Shown: positions 40,378 to 51,351, counted from the stretch's first letter. The stretch: 52,775 nt of DNA from Thermoplasmatota archaeon (GCA_028279595.1 JANQNK010000009.1:1-52775), one strand, 5' to 3'. Notes: generated by a model from the letters alone, not told the origin. Numbers and translations are program-made.

Positions 40378-43300
40378 ATGAGGTTCTGGTCAACCGCTTT
40401 ATTCTTGCTCGCGATCGCGATCGTCGTGACAGGCAGCGCAAGCGCGGCCGACGGCGGCTCCGAGGACATGCTCGTGAGGGTCAACGACATCGACGATCAC
40501 AAACTCGATTATCTCTCGTACTTCATGGACGTCCGCTACGTCGGCGAGGAGTCCGGCTGGATCGGCGGATCCACCGAACACTCCCTCGAGACCATGGCGG
40601 CACTCTCGTTCGTCGAGGAGGCCGAGATGGCTCAGGACTACTACGTGCTCCTCAACATCTCCGCCCGCAACGTCAGGGCCCGGAACGACACCTACGAGGA
40701 CGAGTACTCGTACTCGCCCGAGACGATCTGGGACCTCGGATTCATGGGCGAGGGCGTCATAGTCGCCGTGCTCGACACCGGTGTCGACGACCAGTACCAG
40801 GACAGGCTCGACGACCAGGACGACGACTCGGAGACCGACGATCCCAAGTTCATCGGCGGATACAACGCGATAACGGACACCGAGGAGAATCCGGACGACG
40901 ACAACGGTCACGGGACCCATGTGGCCGGAGTCGTGATGGGTACGGCAGGGGGCACCGAACCGAGGCACGAGCGGTTCCTCGGACTGGCACCCAAGGCGAG
41001 GCTGGTGGACGTCAAGATCGCGGGATCGAACGGCCAGACGAACAGCGTCGACCTGCTTCAGGGCCTCCAGTGGTGCATCGACAACGCTGACACCGACTGG
41101 GACAACGACGGAGAGGGCAATGACGGGATCGACGTTGTGCTCATGAGCGTCGGGACGACGGACACCAGCGACGGTTCGGACCAGGTCTCGCTGCTCGTCA
41201 ACGACGCCGTCGAGTCCGGCATAGTCGTCGTGGCTGCCATGGGCAACTCGAACACCACGACCGTTCCGTCGCCGGCCGCAGCCGATCTGGCGATCGCAGT
41301 GGGCGGCAGCGACGACAGGACCACCGTGGAGCGCGACGACGACAGACTGTATCAGGAGGATGCCACGACAGGCACGAACCGAGGTCCGAGGAACGACGAC
41401 GGCGACGCGGACCCGTACGACGAGATGAAACCGGACATCGTCGCTCCTTCCTACAACATCACATCCGCCGAGGGAGGTTCAAATTACACCGAGGTGCTTC
41501 CCGGCGTCTACGTGACCACGAGCAGGGCGACCCCCGAGGACGGGACCAGCCTCGCCGCGGCACACGTGGCAGGGATAGCGGCATTGATGCTCGAGGCGAA
41601 CCCTGGTCTGGTACCCGGCGTCGGATGGCATCCCGTGAGGGACATCCTCCGGGACACCGCCGAGGCGCGAGGCACCCCGGACGAACCGGGCCTGAGCGCC
41701 AAGTGGAACGCCGCGTGGGGTTACGGAGCTGTCGACGGCTACGGCGCAGTTCTAAGGGCGCATGAGCTCTCGAACGTCGTCTTCTCCGTGCCGGACGAGG
41801 TCGAGTCCGATTTCAACACCCCACTCGTTGCAAAGACGAGGATAACCTGCACCGAGTACACGCTCAATGAAACGATCAATCTGACCTACGTCATCCCGCA
41901 AGGATGGAGGGAGGTCAACCACGTCAACTTCGAGTTCGACAACGTGACCGTCCTCGACGACTGGGGCAGTGATGAGGAGTATGGCATCTTCATCACATCG
42001 ACACCGAAGGACTCGGACGCGTGGACGATCTCGGCCTGGGTCAACATGACGACCGACCCCGGTGAGCACCTCATCAACATCGAGCTCATGACGAGGGCAC
42101 CCGTCGTCGGCAGTGAGGACGGAATCGACCATTACAACATGTCCTTCAACGGGACGGTGAACGGCAATTACTCGGCAGACCTTCACAGGCCGATAGCCGT
42201 GACGACCGAATGGGGTTCGATCACGGGAACCGTGACGGATTCCGCCGATTCCGCACCCCTCGAGGATGTCAGGGTGAGGATCACGGACTATCAGACATCC
42301 ACCGTCCGCAACACGACCTACACCGATGCGAACGGCACCTACAGCCTGATCGATATACCGGAGGGGTTCTACGACATGAAGTTCGACCTCGACGGGTACG
42401 ATGACGACGACAGCCTGACCTACATCCAGGTCGTCAAGAACGAGGTCAACTCGGGCAACGACGTCGAACTGGTAAACGAGGGAGGCGACGGATTCATCCG
42501 CGGTTACGTACTCACCGACAACGGTACGGCCATCGAGGGGGCCCGCGTCAGGGCCTTGGACGGAGACGTCATGGTTGACGACGACATTACGGACGTCGAC
42601 GGTTGGTACTCCATAGAGCTCGCCCCGGCGACGTACGACGTCGAGGCGACGATGAACGGTTACGAGGACAACCTCGAGGAGGACGTCGAGGTCGAACAGG
42701 GCCTTGTGACCGACCTCAACTTCACCATGATCGAGGCGCCGCTGGACGGAAGGCTCTGGGGAAGGGTCACGTCGGGTGGGAACCCGGTGTCCGGTGCGAC
42801 GGTGAAGGCCTATCTCGACGGGTCACTCGAGGACGAGACCACCACGCCAGGCAACGGATCGTACAGGTTCGTCATGGAGGCCGGCACCTATTCCCTGAGG
42901 GTCATCAAGTCCGGATACGAGACCGAGGAGAAGACCGGGATCGTCCTCTCCGAGGGCGGCAGCAAGGAGGTCAACGTCCAGCTGACAGAGGAGGAGAACC
43001 TCGGTTGGATATACGGAACGGTGCTCCGCTTCGGCTCTGGGGATTTCGTCCCCGACGTCGAGGTGACCGCGACACGGGGAGCCTACGAGCGCACTGCCAC
43101 CTCTGACCAGTTCGGCGACTTCAGGATAGACGTCTCCGACGGCGAGTACGACATCACCGCCGAGGCGACCGGATACGAGGACAACGATGACATAACGAAC
43201 GTTGATGTCGCAGAGGGCCAGGGCACCGAGATCTACCTGTCGATGGTACTGATCAACGTCGGACCGTCCGTCATCGAGGTCAACATCGAACCGGATACCG

Positions 43301-43698
43301 CCATCGCGGACGGGCGCTCCCTGATACTCATCACGGCCGAGGTCGAGGACGACAACGGCCTCGAGGACATAGACACCGTGACCGTGGACCTGTCGAAGGT
43401 CGGCGGGTCCGGTGCGCAGACGTTGTACGACACCGGGACGCGGGGTGACGAGACCAGGGACGACGGGATCTTCTCGTACGAGACCGTCATCGCCGACGGG
43501 ACCCCCGAGGCGGACTACAAGATAGATGTCACGGCCACCGATTCGTTCGGCGAGACCGACACGGGATCGTTCACCTTGAAGGTGGAGAAGAAGGACAGCG
43601 GGGGCAGCGACAACGGTTCGCCCGGCTTCGAGATGATCACGATAATAGCGGCACTTGCAGCCGTTTCCATGCTGGCCGGCAGGAAACGATTTAAATAG
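40378..43698 (+). CDS. Secreted S8 subtilase with carboxypeptidase-regulatory-like repeats, choice-of-anchor-X-like domain and PGF-CTERM
   Basis: Signal peptide; triad VAVLDTG / HGTHVAG / GTSLAAAHVAG; G.h.G.V repeats; LYDTGTRGD...DDGIFS; C-terminus SPGF + TM + RKRFK. Confidence 0.93.
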   Translation: MRFWSTALFLLAIAIVVTGSASAADGGSEDMLVRVNDIDDHKLDYLSYFMDVRYVGEESGWIGGSTEHSLETMAALSFVEEAEMAQDYYVLLNISARNVRARNDTYEDEYSYSPETIWDLGFMGEGVIVAVLDTGVDDQYQDRLDDQDDDSETDDPKFIGGYNAITDTEENPDDDNGHGTHVAGVVMGTAGGTEPRHERFLGLAPKARLVDVKIAGSNGQTNSVDLLQGLQWCIDNADTDWDNDGEGNDGIDVVLMSVGTTDTSDGSDQVSLLVNDAVESGIVVVAAMGNSNTTTVPSPAAADLAIAVGGSDDRTTVERDDDRLYQEDATTGTNRGPRNDDGDADPYDEMKPDIVAPSYNITSAEGGSNYTEVLPGVYVTTSRATPEDGTSLAAAHVAGIAALMLEANPGLVPGVGWHPVRDILRDTAEARGTPDEPGLSAKWNAAWGYGAVDGYGAVLRAHELSNVVFSVPDEVESDFNTPLVAKTRITCTEYTLNETINLTYVIPQGWREVNHVNFEFDNVTVLDDWGSDEEYGIFITSTPKDSDAWTISAWVNMTTDPGEHLINIELMTRAPVVGSEDGIDHYNMSFNGTVNGNYSADLHRPIAVTTEWGSITGTVTDSADSAPLEDVRVRITDYQTSTVRNTTYTDANGTYSLIDIPEGFYDMKFDLDGYDDDDSLTYIQVVKNEVNSGNDVELVNEGGDGFIRGYVLTDNGTAIEGARVRALDGDVMVDDDITDVDGWYSIELAPATYDVEATMNGYEDNLEEDVEVEQGLVTDLNFTMIEAPLDGRLWGRVTSGGNPVSGATVKAYLDGSLEDETTTPGNGSYRFVMEAGTYSLRVIKSGYETEEKTGIVLSEGGSKEVNVQLTEEENLGWIYGTVLRFGSGDFVPDVEVTATRGAYERTATSDQFGDFRIDVSDGEYDITAEATGYEDNDDITNVDVAEGQGTEIYLSMVLINVGPSVIEVNIEPDTAIADGRSLILITAEVEDDNGLEDIDTVTVDLSKVGGSGAQTLYDTGTRGDETRDDGIFSYETVIADGTPEADYKIDVTATDSFGETDTGSFTLKVEKKDSGGSDNGSPGFEMITIIAALAAVSMLAGRKRFK

Positions 43699-43721
43699 GT
43701 CTAGGGTTTTGAGGGATTCGA

Positions 43722-44600
43722 ATGGCACTTGAAGATCATAAGTATCTGTCGTACTACCTCGCCATCCTGGTGATAGCGGGACTGCTCGTGGTAGCCGCGT
43801 TCAATCCGCCCGAGGAGACGAAGCAACGAGAGCAGAAGGCGCAGCTCGGCGACGAGGTGAGCGTCATCTACGTCGGCAAGTTCACCGACGGTCGGATCTT
43901 CGACACTAACAATCCAGCCGCGAACGCGGACGACGTCCTCTATCCCAAGGCGGCCAGTTATCTCACGAAGGACCCTGCCCAGATACAGCCGCTGCGGTTC
44001 ACCATCGGCGCTGGACAGCTCCTGACCGACTTCGAGATGGCGGTGGTCGGGATGAAGGTCGGGGAGATGAAGACGATCACGATCCCCGCGGAGCGGGGGT
44101 ACGGCCTCGACGACGAGAACCTCACCATCGACGTGGACATCATCCAGGAGCTTCCCGTCTTCGAGAGGATGCATCTCGACGATTTCAACAACACCTACGG
44201 CGATACATATGACAGGGGCCAGGATGCGCCCCCGATCAACCTGTCGTTCTCGCATTACGCCTACGGATGGAACGTAACGGTCGTCGCTATTGACGGCGAC
44301 TGGCACGTCCGCCTCATGAACCTCCCGGTCGCGGGGCCGGTCGACACCTTCCCGTGGAACGCGTCGGTAATAAACGTCACGACCGAGGGCAACGGGACGA
44401 TCCTCGTGGAGCACAGACCGATCGTCGATCAGATGCTCTCCGCCCAGTACCAGCTGATCGATCCATGGAGGCCGCAGGACACATCCGCGTCCGATGGACG
44501 GGTTATCGCGACCAACGCGACGACGTTCACACTCGATTACAACCGAGAGGTCGTCGGAGAGACGCTGGTCTTCGACATCGAGCTCATAATCATCCATTGA
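43722..44600 (+). CDS. Membrane-anchored FKBP-type peptidyl-prolyl isomerase with enlarged insert-in-flap domain
   Basis: N-terminal TM; GDEVSVIYVG..DGRIFDT, PLRFTIG, GMKVGE, PAERGYG ... GETLVFDIE. Confidence 0.88.
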   Translation: MALEDHKYLSYYLAILVIAGLLVVAAFNPPEETKQREQKAQLGDEVSVIYVGKFTDGRIFDTNNPAANADDVLYPKAASYLTKDPAQIQPLRFTIGAGQLLTDFEMAVVGMKVGEMKTITIPAERGYGLDDENLTIDVDIIQELPVFERMHLDDFNNTYGDTYDRGQDAPPINLSFSHYAYGWNVTVVAIDGDWHVRLMNLPVAGPVDTFPWNASVINVTTEGNGTILVEHRPIVDQMLSAQYQLIDPWRPQDTSASDGRVIATNATTFTLDYNREVVGETLVFDIELIIIH

Positions 44601-44652
44601 CGGCCTGCCTAGCAGTTCATTATTTCAAAGGGTAGTGGTATCCCTGTCCCGG

Positions 44653-44946
44653 ATGACCGAGTTCAGGATAGAACTGTTCTACAGCCTCAGCGACCCCACG
44701 TCGGTGGAGGTGAGGGAACGAATGAAGACCCTCTCCGCCAAGTACGACATCGATGTCAGGGAGACCCTAGCGTCGATCAGGCGGATAAGGGCTTGGAGGT
44801 GCAAGGTGAAGGCCGTCCCGACGATACAGGTGTCCGGGAGGACGGTGTGGGTCGGCAACGTTCCAGACGGAGTCCTGGAACGTATCTTCCGTGAACTGGC
44901 GGGACTCGGGCCGATGGAAGAGACCGACGAGGACGAAGAGCTCTAG
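44653..44946 (+). CDS. Thioredoxin/glutaredoxin-fold protein lacking CxxC
   Basis: IELFYSLSDPTS at the expected CxxC position; cis-Pro motif VKAVPTI. Confidence 0.7.
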   Translation: MTEFRIELFYSLSDPTSVEVRERMKTLSAKYDIDVRETLASIRRIRAWRCKVKAVPTIQVSGRTVWVGNVPDGVLERIFRELAGLGPMEETDEDEEL

Positions 44947-45003
44947 CGCCTGTCCCTCAGTACTCATTTAATAGAGACCACCAATTGATAAAATGTTGCG
45001 GCT

Positions 45004-46056
45004 TCAGTCCTCGGGATATTCGTCGTCGATGTCGGGGAATGGGATATCCATATCGGTGGTTTCGCTGCGGTTTGCCGTGAGGTCATCCAATGGATGGTCC
45101 AGGAATCCGTCATCCTCCACCTTCGCCGCAGGTGCGACGAAATCGGTTCTATCTTGGTCGGTAGGTTCCCTCGTGACGGGCTTCGGACGGTGAGATCGAT
45201 AACGCGGTGGAGAACGACGATGGGCTTGAATCCTGGATCTACCCCCGGACTTGCCATCCCCGATCTCCTTCAGGAACGTGATGGCGAAGAACAACGCTGC
45301 GACGACGAACAATGAACCTCCGGCGAGGAAGAGATAGAAGCCAATGGCCGGGCCCCAGGTGGTGCTGTTCGGGCCGGCGCTGTCGTGTCCCGAGAAGGTG
45401 GCCCACGGACCCTCTGTTTCGGGGAGGAAGCCTTGCCGTGTGTCGTCCCTCCATGCCTTCGGATGCTCGTCCACGTAATGTATGGTCGTTGCAAGGACGA
45501 TGATCATGATGATGATGGAAAGAGCCACGACCGTGCGCAGCGTCGAAGGCGTCCGGAACCTCGGATGCAACGTCATCCCGAAGAAGGCGAAGGCCGCTGT
45601 TGCGATGATCAAGGTGAGGAATGCCGCAAGGCCCACGTTGTTGTAGAGGTCCGCCATGTTGTCGAGGCCCATATCGCTGTCGTCCCAGTCGAAGCCGTAG
45701 CTGTAATCGTCGTTCCCCCATTCATCACGCGATGTCTGGTCGACCTCGACACCGTCGAAGTCCATCTCGATGGTGCTCTCCCTGTAGGATTCGTAATAGC
45801 CTGTCTCCACGGTCGTGATCCTCGCCTCGTACCACGGCATCGTCATGGCCAGGCCGATGAGTATCAGGCCGATCAGCGCAAGGACGACGGGGATCATGTT
45901 CTGTTTCGAGGTGAGTAGGGCTGGTCCCCGATAGTATCCTGGGGGGTAATGTCGGTATACCGGCCTTGATATGGGTGCAGAGCAGGCTGTACAGGCGTTC
46001 GAACTGCCGGAATTCGGTTCACCACAAACTGGACAGTAGATCAGGTCGACAGGCAT
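45004..46056 (-). CDS. Zinc-ribbon + 4-TM (claudin-like topology) membrane protein with acidic tail
   Basis: CPVC..CTAC; TM1-PWY, long loop, TM2, TM3, EGPWATFSG, TWGPAIGFY-TM4. Confidence 0.8.
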   Translation of the reverse strand: MPVDLIYCPVCGEPNSGSSNACTACSAPISRPVYRHYPPGYYRGPALLTSKQNMIPVVLALIGLILIGLAMTMPWYEARITTVETGYYESYRESTIEMDFDGVEVDQTSRDEWGNDDYSYGFDWDDSDMGLDNMADLYNNVGLAAFLTLIIATAAFAFFGMTLHPRFRTPSTLRTVVALSIIIMIIVLATTIHYVDEHPKAWRDDTRQGFLPETEGPWATFSGHDSAGPNSTTWGPAIGFYLFLAGGSLFVVAALFFAITFLKEIGDGKSGGRSRIQAHRRSPPRYRSHRPKPVTREPTDQDRTDFVAPAAKVEDDGFLDHPLDDLTANRSETTDMDIPFPDIDDEYPED

Positions 46057-46114
46057 CTCGGTCCCCGTGTATCATACGGATTCATCGTTAATAACATGTA
46101 TGACCTGAACGGGA

Positions 46115-47368
46115 TCAGGACCACTCCTCGTGGTCCGCTCGCTCCTTCGGCCTTTCAGCCGTATCCCCCGACCCGGCCTCATCCCCGGACCCGTCCTCAG
46201 GCAGCGGCCCGTCATCGAGGTCGCCGTACCTGTCGTCGGTCGGCGGCAGGTACTGGTCCTCGGCGTCGTCCCCGTAGGGATCGTCGTCCATTCCCCGGTC
46301 GTCGAAGGGGGCCCTGTAGACGTCAGGGTGGGGGCCGTCGTCGTAGCCCATACCTCCCTTGCCGTCCGGAGCATCCTTCCTGCCGCTTCCGTAGACCGGG
46401 AAGTCCTCGAACTCGTCGGCCCCCTTCTCGTCCCCGGGAGGCGTCGTTCCAGGTGTCCAGCCTGGGGGCGGAGCGCCCCTGGCCTCCCCGTATCGCGGCG
46501 GGGCCCGGTCGGGTTCCCTGCCAGGCATGCGGACCTCCTCCTCTGTAGGCTCGTCGTCCATCCTCTCCCTGACAACGCGGTCAGGGATCCTTCGCGGTAT
46601 GTCCGCATCCCTGTCCCTCCATGCGAGGTACATCGCGCTGACGCACAGGAGTGCGGAGCCCATGGCGAGGACGCCGCTGAAGAGTGCGGCGAACCATCCG
46701 TTCCGAGGACCCCATGTGGACCGGGGCAGGCCTTCACCCTCGGTCCCGCTGAACGAATCCCACGGGCCTTCGTCCTCCCGCAGTTCTCCGAAGGCCTCGT
46801 TGCGGGCGTAGGTGTCAGGGTGTTCATCCATGTAATAGAGGGAGGAGCCGAGGATGAGGAGTCCTGCCACCAGGAGCAGGACGAGGGATGCAAATCCGGC
46901 CTTCCCCGGATTGGCCGAATATGGTGTGAACGCGGAAACGATGACGCCGATCACGAGGACCGTGAGCGAGGAGAGGAGTACGGGATTCATCTCGAGGTAG
47001 AGGTCGCCGGTCTCGAGGGTCCCGTTCCAGTCTCTGGAGGTCCGGTCCGTCGTTCCCTGAGTCTTGTCGGTGCTCTGGATCTCCCATCCCCCGAGGTCCT
47101 CGAAGATGACCGCCTTGTCGGTGTTGGACTCGGACTCGAACTCGTACCAGTCGGAAACGAACGATACGGTCAGGAGGACGATGGCAACGGCACCGAGGAT
47201 CGTTGCGAGGAGGAACAGGACACGCTGGACCTTGGGCATCGTTCGGGACGGCCCGTTCGAAGGTGGACCGTCGGGTCGCAGCGGTTCGCCGCAGTTGGTA
47301 CAGAAGGGGTCCTTTCCCCTGGAAGGCGCTCCGCATTCGGGACAGAAGGCCGGGTCGTCCATGTCCAT
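46115..47368 (-). CDS. Paralogous zinc-ribbon + 4-TM membrane protein with long acidic/Pro tail
   Basis: CPEC..CTNC; DWY, EGPWDSFSG, TWGPRNGWF. SD AGGAG precedes ATG 47368. Confidence 0.82.
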   Translation of the reverse strand: MDMDDPAFCPECGAPSRGKDPFCTNCGEPLRPDGPPSNGPSRTMPKVQRVLFLLATILGAVAIVLLTVSFVSDWYEFESESNTDKAVIFEDLGGWEIQSTDKTQGTTDRTSRDWNGTLETGDLYLEMNPVLLSSLTVLVIGVIVSAFTPYSANPGKAGFASLVLLLVAGLLILGSSLYYMDEHPDTYARNEAFGELREDEGPWDSFSGTEGEGLPRSTWGPRNGWFAALFSGVLAMGSALLCVSAMYLAWRDRDADIPRRIPDRVVRERMDDEPTEEEVRMPGREPDRAPPRYGEARGAPPPGWTPGTTPPGDEKGADEFEDFPVYGSGRKDAPDGKGGMGYDDGPHPDVYRAPFDDRGMDDDPYGDDAEDQYLPPTDDRYGDLDDGPLPEDGSGDEAGSGDTAERPKERADHEEWS

Positions 47369-47488
47369 GTTCTCCTGGATGGAAATCGACTCCGAGTTAT
47401 TAATATCATCCGGTGAGCCCGAGAAGTAACGCATCAAGCGAAAATACTAAATGCAGGATTCGGAATACAGATATCCGGTGTAAGCGGG

Positions 47489-47707
47489 ATGGGGTCGCTG
47501 GCATTCGTCAACACAATAGGTGGAATCATACATGGGTCGACACTAGCTGTATTCGTAGAGCTAGCTGTCCTCAATCTCTTCACCTACCTGAAAGCGGTCG
47601 ACAAGTTCGACCAGACTCTCGTCCTTTTGGTCGTCGTCGTGAACGTCGCGACGCTTATCACGCTCGATTGGTTCCGTAACGGAACAGAACAGTATGAGAC
47701 CGCCTAA
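47489..47707 (+). CDS. Possible small hydrophobic protein
   Basis: 72-aa ATG ORF with two hydrophobic stretches; no family support. Confidence 0.35.
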   Translation: MGSLAFVNTIGGIIHGSTLAVFVELAVLNLFTYLKAVDKFDQTLVLLVVVVNVATLITLDWFRNGTEQYETA

Positions 47708-47808
47708 CCTCCTCAAGGTTTTTGACGGTACCTCGACTCGCTTGCACCTCATTCATCATTCATCCCAATCGCAACGGTCATATACCAGACAAATTATCCT
47801 TCGCCGAA

Positions 47809-47880
47809 AGCCCCGTGGTGTAGCGGTTATCATGGGAGACTCTGGATCTCTCGACACCAGTTCGAATCTGGTCGGGGCTG
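47809..47880 (+). tRNA. tRNA-Gln(CUG), intronless, CCA not encoded in register
   Basis: Acceptor AGCCCCG/CGGGGCT (A1-U72), anticodon arm GGAGA-CT CTG GA-TCTCT, T arm ACCAG-TTCGAAT-CTGGT, discriminator G. Confidence 0.96.
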
Positions 47881-47906
47881 TCCATTCTTATCAACCACTT
47901 AGTGAA

Positions 47907-47951
47907 GACAGCCCCGACATCCAGTAATTTGCATGCAGCCCAGATTCGAAC
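47907..47951 (-). repeat. Inverted copy of the tRNA 3' end, interrupted by 22 nt
   Basis: GACAGCCCCGAC (47907-47918) + CAGATTCGAAC (47941-47951) is the exact reverse complement of 47860-47882. Confidence 0.8.
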
Positions 47952-47952
47952 G

Positions 47953-48149
47953 AGGGTGAGATGAGTTCAGAGCAATATGTTCCATCTCACCCGAAGCCGG
48001 ACGATTAAGAAGGAAGAAACCTGCAAGATTTACGTCCGGAAGTTAAAATCCGTAATTAATCAAGGGTGAACCGCTTTCCAGGTCTGCGATCGGTTCACCC
48101 GAAGCCAGGCGCTTAAGAATGAATTGATCTGATGGATTAACGCCAGGAA
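47953..48149. repeat. Two tandem copies of a structured double-stem motif (~88 nt each)
   Basis: Units 47954-48041 and 48064-48149: 10-bp hairpin + GAAG + 7-bp stem, with compensatory changes. Confidence 0.85.
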
Positions 48150-48186
48150 ATCGTTATCCCTTCCACCCCTAAATCATCCGTGTCGT

Positions 48187-48201
48187 GAAAAGTTTTTAAT
48201 A
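48187..48201 (+). promoter_or_regulatory. BRE-TATA promoter of tnaA (leaderless or short leader)
   Basis: GAAAAG-TTTTTAATA ending about 30 nt upstream of ATG 48230. Confidence 0.6.
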
Positions 48202-48229
48202 CAGCGACCCGCTGGAACGCCTGAGACCC

Positions 48230-49609
48230 ATGAAGACCATAATCGAACCCTTCAGGATCAAGATGGTCGAGCCAATGAAGATGACCTCCCGCGAAGAGCG
48301 GGCCAAGCTGATCGAGGAAGCGAGGTACAACCTGTTCTTCCTCAAGGCCAGGGACGTCATGATCGATCTGCTGACGGACAGCGGGACGAGCGCGATGAGC
48401 TCGGACCAGTGGTCCGCGGTCATGCGCGGCGACGAGGCCTACGCCGGGAGCGAGTCCTACTTCAGGTTCGAACAGGCGGTCAGGGACATCTACGGCTTCG
48501 AGCATATCATTCCTACTCACCAGGGCCGTGCTGCGGAGAAGATCCTCTTCTCGAACCTGTGCAAGGACGGCGACGTCGTTCCGAACAACACCCACTTCGA
48601 CACCACCCGGGCGAACGTGGAGTACACCGGCGCAGAGGCCCGGGACCTCGTCATCCCGGAGGGGAGGGTGCCGTCCGAGATACATCCGTTCAAGGGAAAC
48701 ATGGACATCGACGCCCTGCAGAGGACGATCGACGAGGTCGGTGTGGACAACATACCGCTTATCATGCTCACGATAACCAACAATTCGGGGGGAGGCCAGC
48801 CGGTCTCGATGGAGAACATCCGGATGGTGAGCGAGATCGCACATTCGAATGGGATCCCGTTCTTCCTCGACGCTTGCAGGTTCGCTGAGAACGCATACTT
48901 CATCAAGCTGAGGGAGGACGGTTACTCCGACGTCAGCATGATGGACATCGCCAACGAGATCTTCTCCTACGCGGACGGCTGCACCATGAGCGCAAAGAAG
49001 GACGGCCTCGCGAACATGGGAGGATTCCTGGCATTGAACGACGCGGAACTTGCGGAGAGCTGCCGCCACCTTTTGATCCTGACCGAGGGATTCACCACCT
49101 ACGGGGGCATGGCGGGCCGGGACCTGGATGCGGTCGCGACAGGTCTGAGGGAGGTCCTGAGCGAGGACTACCTCAAGTACAGGATAAGCTCGACGGACTA
49201 CCTCGGCCGGAAGATCTCCGAGAACGGGGTACCGATCATGCAGCCGCCGGGCGGACACGCCATCTACATCGACGCCAAGGCGATGCTGCCTCGCATACCT
49301 CCACTTCAGTATCCCGCCCAGGCCCTCGCGGTGGAGCTCTACATCGAGGCCGGCATCAGGGCCGTCGAGATAGGTACCGCGATGTTCGGGAAGTACGACC
49401 CGGAGACCGGCGAGGAGACCGCCGCCCCCATGGAGCTGCTTAGACTCGCAATACCGAGGAGGGTCTACACCCAGAGCCAGATCGAGTACGTCATCGAGGC
49501 CATCCTCAACGTCATGGAGAGGAAGGATTCGATCGTGGGTCTGAAGATGGTAAAGCAGGCGCCGTTCCTCCGCCACTTCACGGCGGAGTATGAGCCGCTA
49601 TCGGACTGA
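48230..49609 (+). CDS. tnaA: Tryptophanase (beta-eliminating PLP lyase; tyrosine phenol-lyase less likely)
   Basis: [23 protein letters not shown] (PLP Lys), [13 protein letters not shown] (Trpase-like; TPL has ERG here), RLAIPRRVY. Confidence 0.88.
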   Translation: MKTIIEPFRIKMVEPMKMTSREERAKLIEEARYNLFFLKARDVMIDLLTDSGTSAMSSDQWSAVMRGDEAYAGSESYFRFEQAVRDIYGFEHIIPTHQGRAAEKILFSNLCKDGDVVPNNTHFDTTRANVEYTGAEARDLVIPEGRVPSEIHPFKGNMDIDALQRTIDEVGVDNIPLIMLTITNNSGGGQPVSMENIRMVSEIAHSNGIPFFLDACRFAENAYFIKLREDGYSDVSMMDIANEIFSYADGCTMSAKKDGLANMGGFLALNDAELAESCRHLLILTEGFTTYGGMAGRDLDAVATGLREVLSEDYLKYRISSTDYLGRKISENGVPIMQPPGGHAIYIDAKAMLPRIPPLQYPAQALAVELYIEAGIRAVEIGTAMFGKYDPETGEETAAPMELLRLAIPRRVYTQSQIEYVIEAILNVMERKDSIVGLKMVKQAPFLRHFTAEYEPLSD

Positions 49610-49677
49610 AGCTCCGGCCGGATGACAGATATATCTATGAGTACACCATTACGGTTGAGTACAAGGGGATAGGACCG

Positions 49678-51351
<1,674 letters not shown>

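Noticed and set aside
44653-44946. Selenocysteine-containing thioredoxin
   Set aside because: No in-frame TGA; the active-site codons encode D-P-T-S.
47953-48149. CRISPR array, integron attC or tnaA riboswitch
   Set aside because: Only two long, divergent units and no cas genes. No proper RYYYAAC/GTTRRRY ends. The motif lies upstream of the tnaA TATA box.
48137-49576. Long antisense ORFs (also 5789..6868, 16658..17875, 24510..25718, 27039..28337, 46130..47416)
   Set aside because: Shadow frames of well-supported genes, caused by GC-rich codon bias.
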